A stretch of DNA of 64,000 nucleotides. It comes from Bdellovibrionota bacterium. Its GTDB lineage: Bacteria; Bdellovibrionota_C; UBA2361; CAKMMH01. Position 1 is the stretch's first letter, and every line of letters begins with the position of its first letter. The stretch lies in the NCBI GenBank assembly GCA_050952645.1, contig JBMNLI010000010.1:160001-224000 (forward strand), read 5' to 3'. The position numbers and the translations under genes were made by a program. The notes below the pieces were generated by a model. That model made no database searches. It was not told where the DNA came from and saw only the letters and a list, made by a program, of their open reading frames with translations. Positions 52,151 through 63,209 of this stretch are shown here, piece by piece.

Positions 52151-53164
52151 TTATTTATTCATCATTTCCATTAAACTTTCATAAACTTTTATATGCGATA
52201 TTTTTTGACAAGCATTCGTACCCGTTTTGCAAACTTTCGTTCCGTGGCGTCCGCAAGGCCTACACTTTAAACTTTTATCCTCAACTACTACTGCCCTATC
52301 GTTTTGCCAAGGACCAAAACCAAACTCTGGCACAGTTGCACAAAAAACTACGACATTAGGAACTTTAAAAGCAGATGCTAAATGTAGCATCATGCTATCA
52401 TTACAAACTATCCCTTTAGCATTACTAGCTAGATACATCGTCTGCTCTAAAGATGTTTCGCCAGCTAAATTTAACGCCTTAGTATCCGAAGCTATATAAT
52501 CACAAAGCTCTCTTTCACCTTTTGAACCCGTAAGAACAACGGAAAAATTATTTTCTAATAATTTTTTTACTAATGCTTTATATTCATCTGCATCCCATCT
52601 TTTAGTATTCCAAACACTCCCTGGGGATAATAAAACATAACCACCTAAATTTTTTATTTTTTCTATAAACTCTTTACCTATAATATCATCTGAAGCGGGA
52701 TATAATTTTAAGTCTAATTTAAAATCATCTTTTATATTTAATCTTTCTTTTTCTTTTGAAAGTATAGATAAATTTCTTAGTGCATCGTGTCTCGATGTAT
52801 CCCTTAACACTCTATCGGTATGCAAAAAAGAAAACTTAGCACTTTTAAACCCGATTCGTCGCTTAATTCTAGATAAGAATAGCAGCACCGCCGTTCGATA
52901 AGATTTTTGTAATACAAATACCATATCGAAATTATAACTTTTTATCTCTTTTAATTTTTCTAAAAATGGTTTTAACCCCTTTTGTTTTTTATTATAAACT
53001 AGCGTCTTTGAAACATTAGGATTATACTTAAAAAACACCTCTGCTAGCGGAGTAGTCAAAGTGTAAATCTCTGCATCTTTATAAAGCATCTTTATATTTT
53101 CCACTACTGGTGTCGACAAAATTACATCGCCTAAAAAGGCTGTTTGAAATATTAAAATTCTCAT
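52151..53164 (-). CDS. waaF: GT9 LPS heptosyltransferase II-like
   Basis: MRILIFQTAFLGDVIL, PGSVW.TKRW, NDS..HLA; ATG at 53164 overlaps the upstream TGA (ATGA). Confidence 0.8.
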   Translation of the reverse strand: MRILIFQTAFLGDVILSTPVVENIKMLYKDAEIYTLTTPLAEVFFKYNPNVSKTLVYNKKQKGLKPFLEKLKEIKSYNFDMVFVLQKSYRTAVLLFLSRIKRRIGFKSAKFSFLHTDRVLRDTSRHDALRNLSILSKEKERLNIKDDFKLDLKLYPASDDIIGKEFIEKIKNLGGYVLLSPGSVWNTKRWDADEYKALVKKLLENNFSVVLTGSKGERELCDYIASDTKALNLAGETSLEQTMYLASNAKGIVCNDSMMLHLASAFKVPNVVVFCATVPEFGFGPWQNDRAVVVEDKSLKCRPCGRHGTKVCKTGTNACQKISHIKVYESLMEMMNK

Positions 53165-54108
53165 TTTACCATTACTAAATAAATTAATATAAAAAATAAC
53201 AATATTAAGCCAAAGGTCAACATTATCCAAAATAAATTTTTCTCTATTTTAGCATAATTGATTTTTTCCTCTTCTTCTTCCTGCTCTAAATCTGATAAAG
53301 AAAGAGGCTCTATCTTTTCAAAAACATCTTTCCTTTCCGCCATTTTACGCTTAAGAACATCCGTCGCATCAAAATCACTATCTTCCCAAGATTTTAGGCT
53401 TTTTATAATTTGCTTTGCATTCTTATTTCTAGTTATCTGCTCTACATCAGCTTCCTTTTCCTTAGTAGGTCTCTCTTGACAAACATTTTCTTTATAAAAT
53501 AAAACGTAAATAATGTAATCATCGATTGCAATTATATCTTTCGATATAACACTTTCCCTATCTGAAATTTCTTTATCATTTACGTAAATAGGAAGTTCTT
53601 TAGAAATACTATACACTAAAACTTGTGATTGACGAGACTCTATCACACACGCAGGCTTTTTGCTAGCACTATTAGCATTAAGATTTAACTGTCCGCCAAT
53701 GCCACCTATAACTAAAGATTTGCCTAATTTGTTTAAAGGAAAATGAGTGATAAAATTATCTTTTTCAAAAACTGCAAGCACTCCAAATACACCATCGGGG
53801 ACGTAATTTACATCTTGGGAAAAACCTATCACAACATTTGCTAACTGCAAAAACGTAGGATATGAAGCGATTTGCCACTTATTAGGCGTTGCCACTTCCC
53901 CCTCTACCCAAGAACCATTAGTGCTTTCTAAATCTTTATACATTAAAAATTCTTCAAACACCATCAACTTTCCGTGTTCACGAGAAATGCCAGACTCATT
54001 TTTTATTATATCGACATCCCCTTCCCTGCCTAACGTGTAATTGCCGACTGCTATCTCTTTTTCATTAGCAATCTTGCCCTCTTCTATTAATGAAATTTTT
54101 ACACTCAT
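53161..54108 (-). CDS. Tandem FHA-domain protein with C-terminal TM helix
   Basis: LGR...ISREHG...DLESTNG canonical FHA; second degenerate FHA; C-terminal hydrophobic helix. Confidence 0.8.
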   Translation of the reverse strand: MSVKISLIEEGKIANEKEIAVGNYTLGREGDVDIIKNESGISREHGKLMVFEEFLMYKDLESTNGSWVEGEVATPNKWQIASYPTFLQLANVVIGFSQDVNYVPDGVFGVLAVFEKDNFITHFPLNKLGKSLVIGGIGGQLNLNANSASKKPACVIESRQSQVLVYSISKELPIYVNDKEISDRESVISKDIIAIDDYIIYVLFYKENVCQERPTKEKEADVEQITRNKNAKQIIKSLKSWEDSDFDATDVLKRKMAERKDVFEKIEPLSLSDLEQEEEEEKINYAKIEKNLFWIMLTFGLILLFFILIYLVMVK

Positions 54109-54223
54109 CTATTATTTCCTAATATTATTTCCTAATATTATTTCCAAATATTATTTTTAAAAGTATAATTTATATTTTATATTTTATACGATCATTTTAC
54201 ACAATCTTAATTTCAAAAAAAAC

Positions 54224-54814
54224 TTAATTTCCAAATAAATCTTCAAAAATCCTAGCCTTATTTTTTTCATCTCCTTTAGCAGTTTCTGCAACGCTTTGAA
54301 CACCACCAAAACGTCTCATAAAAGGCTCTTTAATATATTGCGAAAGCATATCGAAATATTCTTTTTCCCCTTTAGACATTTGCGAAGAGTTTTTTAAAGA
54401 ATAAGATAGCATCATAGAAATTTTAGTTGCGCTATCGTAAATTTTTTCATCTGATGCAAGCTTATTAAAAAGATTTATAGTAGTGTAAATTGCGGTAAGA
54501 CTAGGTTCTCTTTGCACACGATTTTTTTTCTTTGCCACCTCGCCCATTTGGCAAAATATTCTAGTCTTTAAGAAAAAATCATTACATAAACTACAAGGCG
54601 ATCTTCTATCAAAATTACTACTAGCTATTTCACTTACTCTCCATGCACGTCCATCTTTTTTAATCTCTTTACAAAACTGCTTTATTAGCTTTACATAACT
54701 TTTATCAAGCTTTTCTCTTTTAAAAAGTTTCGTATTATCTGCTTCAGCATAAGCGCCACTTACAAAAATAGCTTGCAAAAAAACTATAAAAACGGCAAAC
54801 GAAACGGCAAGCAA
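54224..54814 (-). CDS. Exported hypothetical protein (CxxC)
   Basis: Signal peptide AYA-EA; four Cys including CSLC. Confidence 0.65.
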   Translation of the reverse strand: MLAVSFAVFIVFLQAIFVSGAYAEADNTKLFKREKLDKSYVKLIKQFCKEIKKDGRAWRVSEIASSNFDRRSPCSLCNDFFLKTRIFCQMGEVAKKKNRVQREPSLTAIYTTINLFNKLASDEKIYDSATKISMMLSYSLKNSSQMSKGEKEYFDMLSQYIKEPFMRRFGGVQSVAETAKGDEKNKARIFEDLFGN

Positions 54815-54934
54815 AAGAAAAGAAACATCACTATGCGTGCGATATGTTAATTGGATCTTATCCTTTATATTTTCTATTATATTTTCTACGTTCTCGCCTC
54901 TATTTAAAACTAATAAAAAATTTTTTAAACTTAC

Positions 54935-55705
54935 TTAAAAAATTATTTTTTTAGACTTTGCATTATAAAAATCTATCTTACTTAATTTTTTAGCTGCCAC
55001 TTTATCTGCTATAATTTTTACGTGTGGGTGCATTTGCAAAATCGACGCTGGGCACATAGCACTAATAGAACCTTCTACACAACCTAGCACTGCATCTTGC
55101 TTGCTTTCCCCAAAAGCAAGTAGCACTATCTCTTTTGCTTCCATAATAGTCGCTATTCCCATAGTTATCGCATAATATGGCACTAAGTCTAGCGCACCGA
55201 AATCCGAAGTGTTAGCCTCCCTAGTATCTTCCATAAGGGCCTCTAGTCTAGTTCTTGAAGCGAGCGAACACGATGGCTCATTAAAACCTATATGAGCATC
55301 CCTTCCTATACCTAAAATTTGGATATCTACTCCACCTAATTTTTTTATTTTTTCTTCATACTCAGTGCATTCCTTTACTACATCTTCTGCCATACCATTT
55401 GGAATATTCGTATTTTCCTGCTTTATATTTACTTTTGAAAAAAGATGATGATTCATATAATAATGGTACGAGCCTTTATTCGTAGGAGGAACTTGGTAGT
55501 ATTCATCTAAGTTAAAAGTTTTTACATTTGAAAAATCTAACCCCTCTTCTTTATGTAGCCTTGCGAGCTCTTCATATAATGGAATTGGCGTTTTTCCCGT
55601 AGCAAGACCTAAAACCGCATCGTTTTTTCTCTTTATAAAATTAGAGATTATTTTAGCACCTAAATTACATCCCACTATATTATCATCAACTATTATTACG
55701 TCCAT
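54935..55705 (-). CDS. nagB: Glucosamine-6-phosphate deaminase
   Basis: LGLATG.TP, FNLDEY, LGIG.DAHIGFNEP, CPASILQ.H. Confidence 0.95.
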   Translation of the reverse strand: MDVIIVDDNIVGCNLGAKIISNFIKRKNDAVLGLATGKTPIPLYEELARLHKEEGLDFSNVKTFNLDEYYQVPPTNKGSYHYYMNHHLFSKVNIKQENTNIPNGMAEDVVKECTEYEEKIKKLGGVDIQILGIGRDAHIGFNEPSCSLASRTRLEALMEDTREANTSDFGALDLVPYYAITMGIATIMEAKEIVLLAFGESKQDAVLGCVEGSISAMCPASILQMHPHVKIIADKVAAKKLSKIDFYNAKSKKIIF

Positions 55706-55758
55706 TTTAAAGCACCTTTTAAAAAATATTTTTTATTCGTTAATTTTTTAAACTAAAT

Positions 55759-56601
55759 TTACCAAGGCATTTTAACTATATTATCTCTTACTTCACTAGA
55801 AAAATTATTTAAAATTTTATCTACATAATCCTTAGTAGATATCTCTTTTAGTGCAACACTCGTTAAGTCTAAAAAGCAAGATACGTAATTGCTTTTATCT
55901 AGAGAATACGGGTCTGCATAAGTAGAGTTTGCCTGAAGTCTAGCGATGGCCGCCTTATCATACCTTTTGCCACTAGCTATCTGTGATTGGTAAGTTCCAA
56001 GTAAAATTTCTAATAAAGTAATATCATTGCCGATAGAAGCATTTTCCTTTATACCATCTGGAATCCAATCTAAATCTCTCCAACACTCACCACCTAAAAC
56101 TTTCGCTGGTTTATATTGGTCGCTTATATTATGCAAGGCTTTCATCGTTGCACAATATACCGCTAAGTGCGTTTTATGTTTATCAAATGGGTTGTGAGTA
56201 TAAATCTTTTTAGGGCGATATTTTAAAATCACCTGCTCGATATCTTTTGAAAGAAAATCGTTAGTTTCCTTAGCCATAGCTTCCCTGCTCGTGTAGCCTA
56301 GCTGTATTAGAAATGCGTAATCTCCAAGCTTTGCTGCATTTCTTTCTTCTTGTTTTCTACACTCTATCATTTCCTCTCTAGTATAACTCGCATAAGGACC
56401 CGAACTCGGGGAGCCTGCTCCATCCGTGCAAGTGATAGCTCCAAATTTTTTATCTGAATGGTAAGCTTCTAATATGGGCGGAAAGGACATTATCTCGATA
56501 TCATCTTGATGAGCACCAATGGCTAAAAAATCGACATCTATTATATCTTGCTCATTATTTTTAGGAAAAAAAACATCTACATTACTATTATGGAATTTCA
56601 T
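55759..56601 (-). CDS. PIG-L/LmbE-family deacetylase
   Basis: AHQDDIE, TDG.GS, R..E...AA, THN.FDKH.TH, SQI. Confidence 0.88.
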   Translation of the reverse strand: MKFHNSNVDVFFPKNNEQDIIDVDFLAIGAHQDDIEIMSFPPILEAYHSDKKFGAITCTDGAGSPSSGPYASYTREEMIECRKQEERNAAKLGDYAFLIQLGYTSREAMAKETNDFLSKDIEQVILKYRPKKIYTHNPFDKHKTHLAVYCATMKALHNISDQYKPAKVLGGECWRDLDWIPDGIKENASIGNDITLLEILLGTYQSQIASGKRYDKAAIARLQANSTYADPYSLDKSNYVSCFLDLTSVALKEISTKDYVDKILNNFSSEVRDNIVKMPW

Positions 56602-56705
56602 AACTACACCTTTAAATTATAAAATATAAAAATATATATAATAATTTAATAGATTATTTAAATTATGTAAAGATGCTTTAAAATACTTTAAATTATAAAC
56701 TCTAA

Positions 56706-57533
56706 TTATAAACTCTTAATATCGATAGAACTTATGATTTTTAAAAACGTATCTTCCCACTGCTCGGACATTTTGAAAACCTCTTCTTTTGATTTGTCGT
56801 TTATCACGCCACAGCTAAGAAAAACCACCTTATCTTCTTTAAATGGAAAGCTTGCACCAGTATTAACGCCATATTTTTTCTCACCGCTACTTTTTTTCTC
56901 TAGCATTCTAAAAAAAGTGAGTTCTATGCCCTTATGGCCGTTATAATGGACTATTTTATAATCTAAAGCCTTATGAGTTTCTTTTTCGTACCAAAACTCT
57001 TCAGTTTTGTTCATTTCTGAAAATAATTTATCTTTATCTTTATCCGTTGCTGCAAGCATTTCTAAGTTGTGCTTCTTTGTAGATTCTTGAACAGATAAAC
57101 TACAGAAAACGTCTATATTAGAAGAAATAGCAAGGGAAGATGGAAAAAAATTAATTTCTACTAGATAAGGCTTCTTTTTGTCTTTTTTATTGTCTTTACT
57201 ACCGCCTTTATCGTCATCATAGCTATCGAAATCTTCTATATAAGATGCATACTCTGAGGCTTGCCAAACGGTTGGGATTTGCAATTTTACATCTATTCCA
57301 AGTATGTCTTTTGCTTTATCCGACAAGGAATAAGTTTTATAAACATACTCCTTAGTAGGTGTAGAAACAGTTTTAGTAGCATCTTTTTTAGCATCTTTTT
57401 TAGTAATATCTTTATCGTCTTTAGCAAATGCAATACTAATAGAAATAAATGCCATAAATATAAATATGGTAATAGTAAGAAACCAAGGTTTCATCGAAAC
57501 TAGCAAAGTAGAGTTTTTATTAAATATTTTCAT
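56706..57533 (-). CDS. Exported hypothetical protein
   Basis: Signal peptide AFA-KD; no family recognised. Confidence 0.7.
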   Translation of the reverse strand: MKIFNKNSTLLVSMKPWFLTITIFIFMAFISISIAFAKDDKDITKKDAKKDATKTVSTPTKEYVYKTYSLSDKAKDILGIDVKLQIPTVWQASEYASYIEDFDSYDDDKGGSKDNKKDKKKPYLVEINFFPSSLAISSNIDVFCSLSVQESTKKHNLEMLAATDKDKDKLFSEMNKTEEFWYEKETHKALDYKIVHYNGHKGIELTFFRMLEKKSSGEKKYGVNTGASFPFKEDKVVFLSCGVINDKSKEEVFKMSEQWEDTFLKIISSIDIKSL

Positions 57534-57682
57534 ACTAAAAAAATTATCAAATACTTATCTTTTTGTCTATAATATTTTACCTATAATATTTTACCTATAA
57601 TATTTTACCTGTGATATTTTACTTGTGATACTAAAAAATTACGCACTAAAGCTTTACACACTAAAGCTTAAAGTTATATAAT

Positions 57683-58291
57683 TTAAGATTGCTTAAAAAC
57701 CTTTCCAAGCGTTCCTTTAGCTAGGCTATAAGGAACGTCTACGACTTGCCAAGCATTGTTTTCATTTTTTTCTACCGTATAACTTTTACTATCGCTTTCA
57801 CTAAAATAGATGGTAAATTTTACCTTATCTTTTCTAATGTATTCTTTAGTTAGCTTAGTGCTTCTAAGCGATTTAGTAATGAAAAACTGCATTAACTCGC
57901 ATCTTGAAATATTTTGTAAAGCTTTATTGCCATATTTAAGTTCACTTTGAACGACATTTTCAAACTCTTTTCTTGCTATATCTCTAATTTCACTTGCGAC
58001 CTTGTCTGCGAGTGTTAGGATAAAGCTCTTTTCTTCTTTATTCGCTATCTTATTATCGTCTATTTTTTTCTCTTCTTTCTCTTTTTTCTCTTTTTTCTCT
58101 CCTAGGCTTCCTAATTTATTTTCTACAATTTTTTCAAGATTAATACTTAAAGAGGCTTTAGCTAAATTACCATTTTTTATATCTTTACATAAATTATAAG
58201 CAAACAGCTCTGGCGACTTTATTGTGCAAACGCGTAAATAGCATAGAAAGACTACAACTAGTAAATAAAAAATTTTCTTTAAGCAAGCAAT
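57683..58291 (-). pseudogene. DUF2939-like exported protein lacking an in-frame canonical start
   Basis: Frame open from ~58324 to 57683 (KKIFYLLVVVFLC...SPELFAYNLCKDIKNGN...MQFFITKS...WQVVDV). The nearest TTG at 58286 is 1 nt out of frame; an in-frame ATT lies at 58291. Confidence 0.55.
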
Positions 58292-58416
58292 TAGATAAGC
58301 AAATAGATAAGCAAATAGATAAGCTTAATAAAAAATAAGCCTAATAAATAAACTTAAATTTAAATATTAAAAATAAGATTAAATCTTTAATGCAAGGATT
58401 AAAATGAATAAAAAAA

Positions 58417-58501
58417 TGCCGGGGGCGGGAATCGAACCCGCACGGGATAAAATCCCACAGGATTTTAAGTCCTGTGTGTCTACCTATTCCACCACCTCGG
58501 C
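58417..58501 (-). tRNA. tRNA-Leu(TAA)
   Basis: GCCGAGG acceptor, CT-TAA-AA anticodon loop, long variable arm, GTTCGATTC; no CCA. Confidence 0.94.
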
Positions 58502-58610
58502 AAATTATGTCGACGATTATATAAAAAGAATAAAGAAAAATCAATATTAAGAAATTATGTTTTTTAGGAGGGCTTCCCTCTTTATCTATCTTCTTTACCT
58601 ATCTTCCTTT

Positions 58611-60479
58611 TTAATACCATTTTTTAACATCACATTCAATATCTTCTTTTATATCTTCTTTTATATCTTCTTTTATATCTTCTTTTACATCTTCTTTAAT
58701 ATCACTTTTATCTATAATTAAATGAAGTTCTTTTAATTGCGTCTTAGTTGGCTCTGAAGGAGCACCCATCATTAAGTCTTCAGCAGTTTGAGAAAGTGGA
58801 AACATTATTACATCTCGCACAGTTTCAACATTAGCAAGTAGCATTATAACTCTATCTATCCCAAAAGCCATTCCACCGTGAGGAGGAGCTCCATATCTAA
58901 AGGCTTTACACAAAGAAGAAAAACGTTGCTCTACTACTTCTTTATCGTATCCTACAACCTTAAAAGCCTTACAAAGCGACTCAAAATTATGGTTTCTTAT
59001 AGCACCACTTGCAAGCTCATTTCCATTTAAAACCAAGTCGAATTGATACGCTAAAATATCGTAAATATTTTCCCTTTCAAAATCCTTTTCTCCTCCTTTT
59101 GGCATAGAAAATGGATTATGGCAAAACTCTGGCTTTAAAGTCTCTTCATTTTCCTCATAAAGTGGAAAATCTACTACCCAGCAAAACTTGTATGTGTTTT
59201 TTTCTATTTTATCAAAATCTTTAGCTAGTTTTAATCTTAAATTTCCCATATATTTTAAAACTTGCTTTTTTGTTCCCATTGCAATAAACACTAGCGAAAC
59301 ATCGCTATTTTTAATCTCGCAAAGTTCCTTTATCTTACATGCTTCACGCTCGCTTACGACCTTGCTTAAACTTCCTTTCATTTCGCCACCTTGAAACGTA
59401 AGATATGAAAGTTTTTGACCTTTAGAAATTTTATCAAAATAAGCTAAAATCTCATCAAACATTTTTCTTGATGGACAGGTTTTTACATTAAACTCTAATG
59501 CTATAATTTCTAGATTATTTTTTACTCCGTCTGCAAAAATTTTAAACTCGCTATCTTCAAAAACGCTCGTTATATTTTTAAGTTTATTTTTAATTCTTAA
59601 ATCTGGTTTATCTGTGCCATAATCTCTTAAAGCATCTTTATAAGAAATCTTTGGAAACTCTGGTTTTGTAGTTTCATAATTAGAAAACTTAGAGAAAATC
59701 TCGTATGCTACTTTCTCACCTACTCTAAATATATCTTCCTGCTCACAAAATGCCATTTCTAAATCGAGCTGATAAAACTCCCCTGGCGACCTATCTGCCC
59801 GAGGGTCTTCATCTCTAAAGCAAGGTGCTATTTGAAAATAATTATCAAACCCAGAAACTACAATAAGCTCTTTAAAAATTTGTGGAGCTTGAGGTAGTGC
59901 GTAAAATTTCCCTGCGTGTAGTCTAGAGGGAACTAAGAAATCTCTTGCTCCTTCGGGAGATGAGCTAGTTAAAATAGGAGTGTGAAACTCTGTAAAACCT
60001 AAATCCCACATAATATCACGCATTTTTTTAGTAACGTAAGAACGCATTTTAATAATTTTTCTTACGCTCTCTTTCCTAAGTTCTAAAAATCTATACTCTA
60101 GTCTTATATTTTCTGGGGCGTTATCCTCCTTAGAAACTGTAAAAGGTAGCACATCACAAGCACTTAAAACCTTAAAACTTTCAACGCTTATTTCTATCTC
60201 ACCCGTTGCTCTTTCTTTATTAACGAGTTCACCCCTTGAAGCCACCACGCCTTTTACGTGAATAACCGCCTCTACTCTTACCTCGCAAATCTTTTCAATT
60301 AGTTCGTCGCTAAAAACTAATTGCGTAATGCCATAATCATCTCTTAAGTCTACGAAAACTAAATGGCCTAAATTTCTTAAACTATCTATCCAACCAGATA
60401 GTAAAACTTTCTCACCTATATTTTCTTTTCTTAATTCGCCGCAAGTGTGTGTTCTATATTTATTTTTAACGAAAGTCAT
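58611..60479 (-). CDS. aspS: Aspartate--tRNA ligase
   Basis: RTHTCGEL, PEGARDF, LPQAPQ.FK, CFRDED.RADR, GAPPHGG.AFG.DR; EDIK repeats at the C-terminus. Confidence 0.97.
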   Translation of the reverse strand: MTFVKNKYRTHTCGELRKENIGEKVLLSGWIDSLRNLGHLVFVDLRDDYGITQLVFSDELIEKICEVRVEAVIHVKGVVASRGELVNKERATGEIEISVESFKVLSACDVLPFTVSKEDNAPENIRLEYRFLELRKESVRKIIKMRSYVTKKMRDIMWDLGFTEFHTPILTSSSPEGARDFLVPSRLHAGKFYALPQAPQIFKELIVVSGFDNYFQIAPCFRDEDPRADRSPGEFYQLDLEMAFCEQEDIFRVGEKVAYEIFSKFSNYETTKPEFPKISYKDALRDYGTDKPDLRIKNKLKNITSVFEDSEFKIFADGVKNNLEIIALEFNVKTCPSRKMFDEILAYFDKISKGQKLSYLTFQGGEMKGSLSKVVSEREACKIKELCEIKNSDVSLVFIAMGTKKQVLKYMGNLRLKLAKDFDKIEKNTYKFCWVVDFPLYEENEETLKPEFCHNPFSMPKGGEKDFERENIYDILAYQFDLVLNGNELASGAIRNHNFESLCKAFKVVGYDKEVVEQRFSSLCKAFRYGAPPHGGMAFGIDRVIMLLANVETVRDVIMFPLSQTAEDLMMGAPSEPTKTQLKELHLIIDKSDIKEDVKEDIKEDIKEDIKEDIECDVKKWY

Positions 60480-60518
60480 TTTATATAATTTCCCTTAAGT
60501 CTTTTTTAAAATATTTTA

Positions 60519-61616
60519 TTATTTATCGATAAATTTTAGCACTTCATCTTTAATTTTTGAAGAGCCATCTAATATGACTCCACTAAATTTTGTATTAACT
60601 ATTTTTTCATAATATTCTTTATTAGATAATTTAATTATAATATCTTTTAACTTTTCTATGAACTCTTCATCGTCTTGTTTTACGATAAAAGCTTTATTAG
60701 CATCTGCTAAAAACATAGCGTTAGGGAGTTGGTGATTTCCAGCCCCAGGAAGTGGAATAAAAATAGCAGGCTTATTTACCGCTAAAACTTCCATCACACT
60801 AGATGCTCCTGCACGTGAAATAATAATATCGGCAAACTTATAGGCCTCTACCATATCATCTATAAAGCCTACGATTTTTCCTTTAAAGTCGAGTTTTTTA
60901 TATTCTTCTTTTATATCTTCTAGCGATTCTTTTCTACATTGATGATAAATAATAAAATTATTTTCTTTAAAAAATGGGATTAGTTCTAAAACCGTTTCAT
61001 CTAATTTTTTTGCACCTTGGGAACCACCTAAGATTAAAATATTTTTTATTTCATCTCTTATTTTAAAATCTCTTAACTCTAAAAGACCTTTTTTAAGAGT
61101 ATGGCCAGTATATACGGCTTTTTTAGATTTTCTTAATTCGCAATTAGGAAAAGCCACCATTACTACGTTTGCTATTTTTGAAAGCACTTTATTGCTTATC
61201 CCAGGGGATAAATCGAGTTCATATATAAATGTAGGCACTCCTTTTAATCTTCCTATTAAAACTGGCAAAAATGATACGTAGCCCCCGACGCCTATTACTA
61301 TATTTGGCTTATACTCTTTAAATATTTTTATCATTTGAAAAATCGCTTTAGGAAGCATTTTTAAAAATTTTAAAAAGCCTTTTATCCCTAGATTTCTAAT
61401 GCCTACTATTTCAACAACTTTTCTATTAAAACCAAAATCGTCTATCAATTTTTTTTCTAACGGGCGTCCTGCTCCTATGAATAAAATTTCTAGATTTTCT
61501 ATATTATTTTTTAACTCTTCTGCGATAATTCTTGCGGGGAATAAATGGCCTCCAGTGCCACTAGCCGCTATAATTACTTTCGTTATTTTTTTTGTATTTG
61601 AGATATCTCTTGACAT
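60519..61616 (-). CDS. murG: Undecaprenyl-PP-MurNAc-pentapeptide GlcNAc transferase
   Basis: GTGGHLFP, GVGGYVS.P, GGSQGA, ISRAGAS, HQ..NA. Confidence 0.93.
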   Translation of the reverse strand: MSRDISNTKKITKVIIAASGTGGHLFPARIIAEELKNNIENLEILFIGAGRPLEKKLIDDFGFNRKVVEIVGIRNLGIKGFLKFLKMLPKAIFQMIKIFKEYKPNIVIGVGGYVSFLPVLIGRLKGVPTFIYELDLSPGISNKVLSKIANVVMVAFPNCELRKSKKAVYTGHTLKKGLLELRDFKIRDEIKNILILGGSQGAKKLDETVLELIPFFKENNFIIYHQCRKESLEDIKEEYKKLDFKGKIVGFIDDMVEAYKFADIIISRAGASSVMEVLAVNKPAIFIPLPGAGNHQLPNAMFLADANKAFIVKQDDEEFIEKLKDIIIKLSNKEYYEKIVNTKFSGVILDGSSKIKDEVLKFIDK

Positions 61617-61638
61617 ATGAAAAACACGTTTGAAAGAA

Positions 61639-61711
<73 letters not shown>

Positions 61712-61753
61712 ATAAAAACTTTTTTATTTAAGCTTAGCTTAAAAAATTTAAAT

Positions 61754-61826
61754 AGCCTACAACGGGAATTGAACCCATAACCCCTTCATTACGAATGAAG
61801 TGCTCTACCAATTGAGCTATGTAGGC
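61754..61826 (-). tRNA. tRNA-Thr(CGT)
   Basis: GCCTACA acceptor, TT-CGT-AA loop, GGTTCAATTCC; no CCA. Confidence 0.92.
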
Positions 61827-62009
61827 CTAAGCTAAAAATAAATAAAAAAAATAAATAAAATAAAAAACTATAAATATAAATTAAAAAAATATATATATAA
61901 ATATATGTATATAAATATATAAAGAACAATAAATACAATATATTTATTTAATAATATTTATTTAATAATATTTATTTAATAATATTTATCTAAATATTAA
62001 CTAGATATC

Positions 62010-62050
62010 AAAAAAGCTTCAATACACAATAAAGATACTGAAGCTTTTTT
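62010..62050. terminator. Intrinsic, possibly bidirectional, terminator downstream of rpsI
   Basis: AAAAAAGCTTCA / TGAAGCTTTTTT. Confidence 0.6.
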
Positions 62051-62089
62051 TATAATAGTCTATACCATAAAATATATTTACGATGCGGA

Positions 62090-62485
62090 CTAACGTTTAG
62101 AAAATTGAGGACGTTTTCTAGCTTTATGTCTACCGTATTTTTTACGTTCTACCTCTCTTGCATCTCTAGTAAGGTATCCTTCTTTTTTAACCGCAGGGCG
62201 CAACTCTTCTTCCATCATAACTAGAGCTCTTGCGATACCGTGTCTTACAGCGCCAGCTTGTCCCGACTTTCCACCACCTTTTACGTTAACTAAAACATCA
62301 TATTTTTCTAGAGTATTAGTTAAAACTAAAGGTTGTTTTAAAATCATTTGCAGGGTTTCTCTCGGGAAATATTCGACTAATGGCATTCTATTAACTATGA
62401 TATTTCCGTTCCCGTTTCTTAAATATACTATAGCAACGGAGGTCTTTCTTTTTCCTACTGCTTGAATTCCTTCACCTTTGATCAT
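62090..62485 (-). CDS. rpsI: 30S ribosomal protein S9
   Basis: [40 protein letters not shown]. Confidence 0.98.
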   Translation of the reverse strand: MIKGEGIQAVGKRKTSVAIVYLRNGNGNIIVNRMPLVEYFPRETLQMILKQPLVLTNTLEKYDVLVNVKGGGKSGQAGAVRHGIARALVMMEEELRPAVKKEGYLTRDAREVERKKYGRHKARKRPQFSKR

Positions 62486-62514
62486 TTTTTAATTTTCCTT
62501 AAAAATAATTAAAT

Positions 62515-62973
62515 TTAATTTGAAACTTTCGCGCTTTTTACCACATACGTTTTAGGATTTTGAGCTATATGAGGATAATTAGCATCTTTATAAACTTTTA
62601 GTTTAGTCATAAGCTTACGACCAAGAGGACCTTTAGTTAGCATACCCTTAACTGCGCTAGTAATAATTCTTTCAGGGGTTTTTTCGAGCATTTTACTAGC
62701 GGTTTGTGATTTAATTCCCCCAACGTAGCCAGTGTAGCGATAGTAATTTTTATCTTGAAGTTTATTGCCAGTTAATTTTACTTTACTTGCGTTTATTACG
62801 ATAACGAAATCACCGCAATCAACGTGAGGGGTATAAGTAGGTTTGTGTTTTCCTCTAATTAAGGTAGCCACTTCAGAAGCTAATCTTCCAACGGGGATAT
62901 CCGTTGCATCTACTACATACCACTCTCTATTTTTCAAAGCTTCTTCTTTACTTAAAGATTTAGTCGTTTTCAT
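62515..62973 (-). CDS. rplM: 50S ribosomal protein L13
   Basis: WYVVDA...[24 protein letters not shown]. Confidence 0.98.
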   Translation of the reverse strand: MKTTKSLSKEEALKNREWYVVDATDIPVGRLASEVATLIRGKHKPTYTPHVDCGDFVIVINASKVKLTGNKLQDKNYYRYTGYVGGIKSQTASKMLEKTPERIITSAVKGMLTKGPLGRKLMTKLKVYKDANYPHIAQNPKTYVVKSAKVSN

Positions 62974-63209
62974 TTAGAGTAATCTTCCAAAAAAAATAAA
63001 TATCAAATTTTAAAAATAATAATAAATAAAAAATCTTAAACTTAATAATTTTAATTTACTTAAATAATTTACATTTAAATAACTTACACTTAAATAACTT
63101 ACATAGTAATTTATTTTATATAGATCTTTATCGCAGAGTAAGACTATAAACTAAAAAGCAATAATACTCAAGGACATCGAAAGAAATTTTTTTTCCTAGA
63201 ATTTTTAAA

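Noticed and set aside
58341..58544. 67-aa ORF
   Set aside because: Overlaps tRNA-Leu; spurious.
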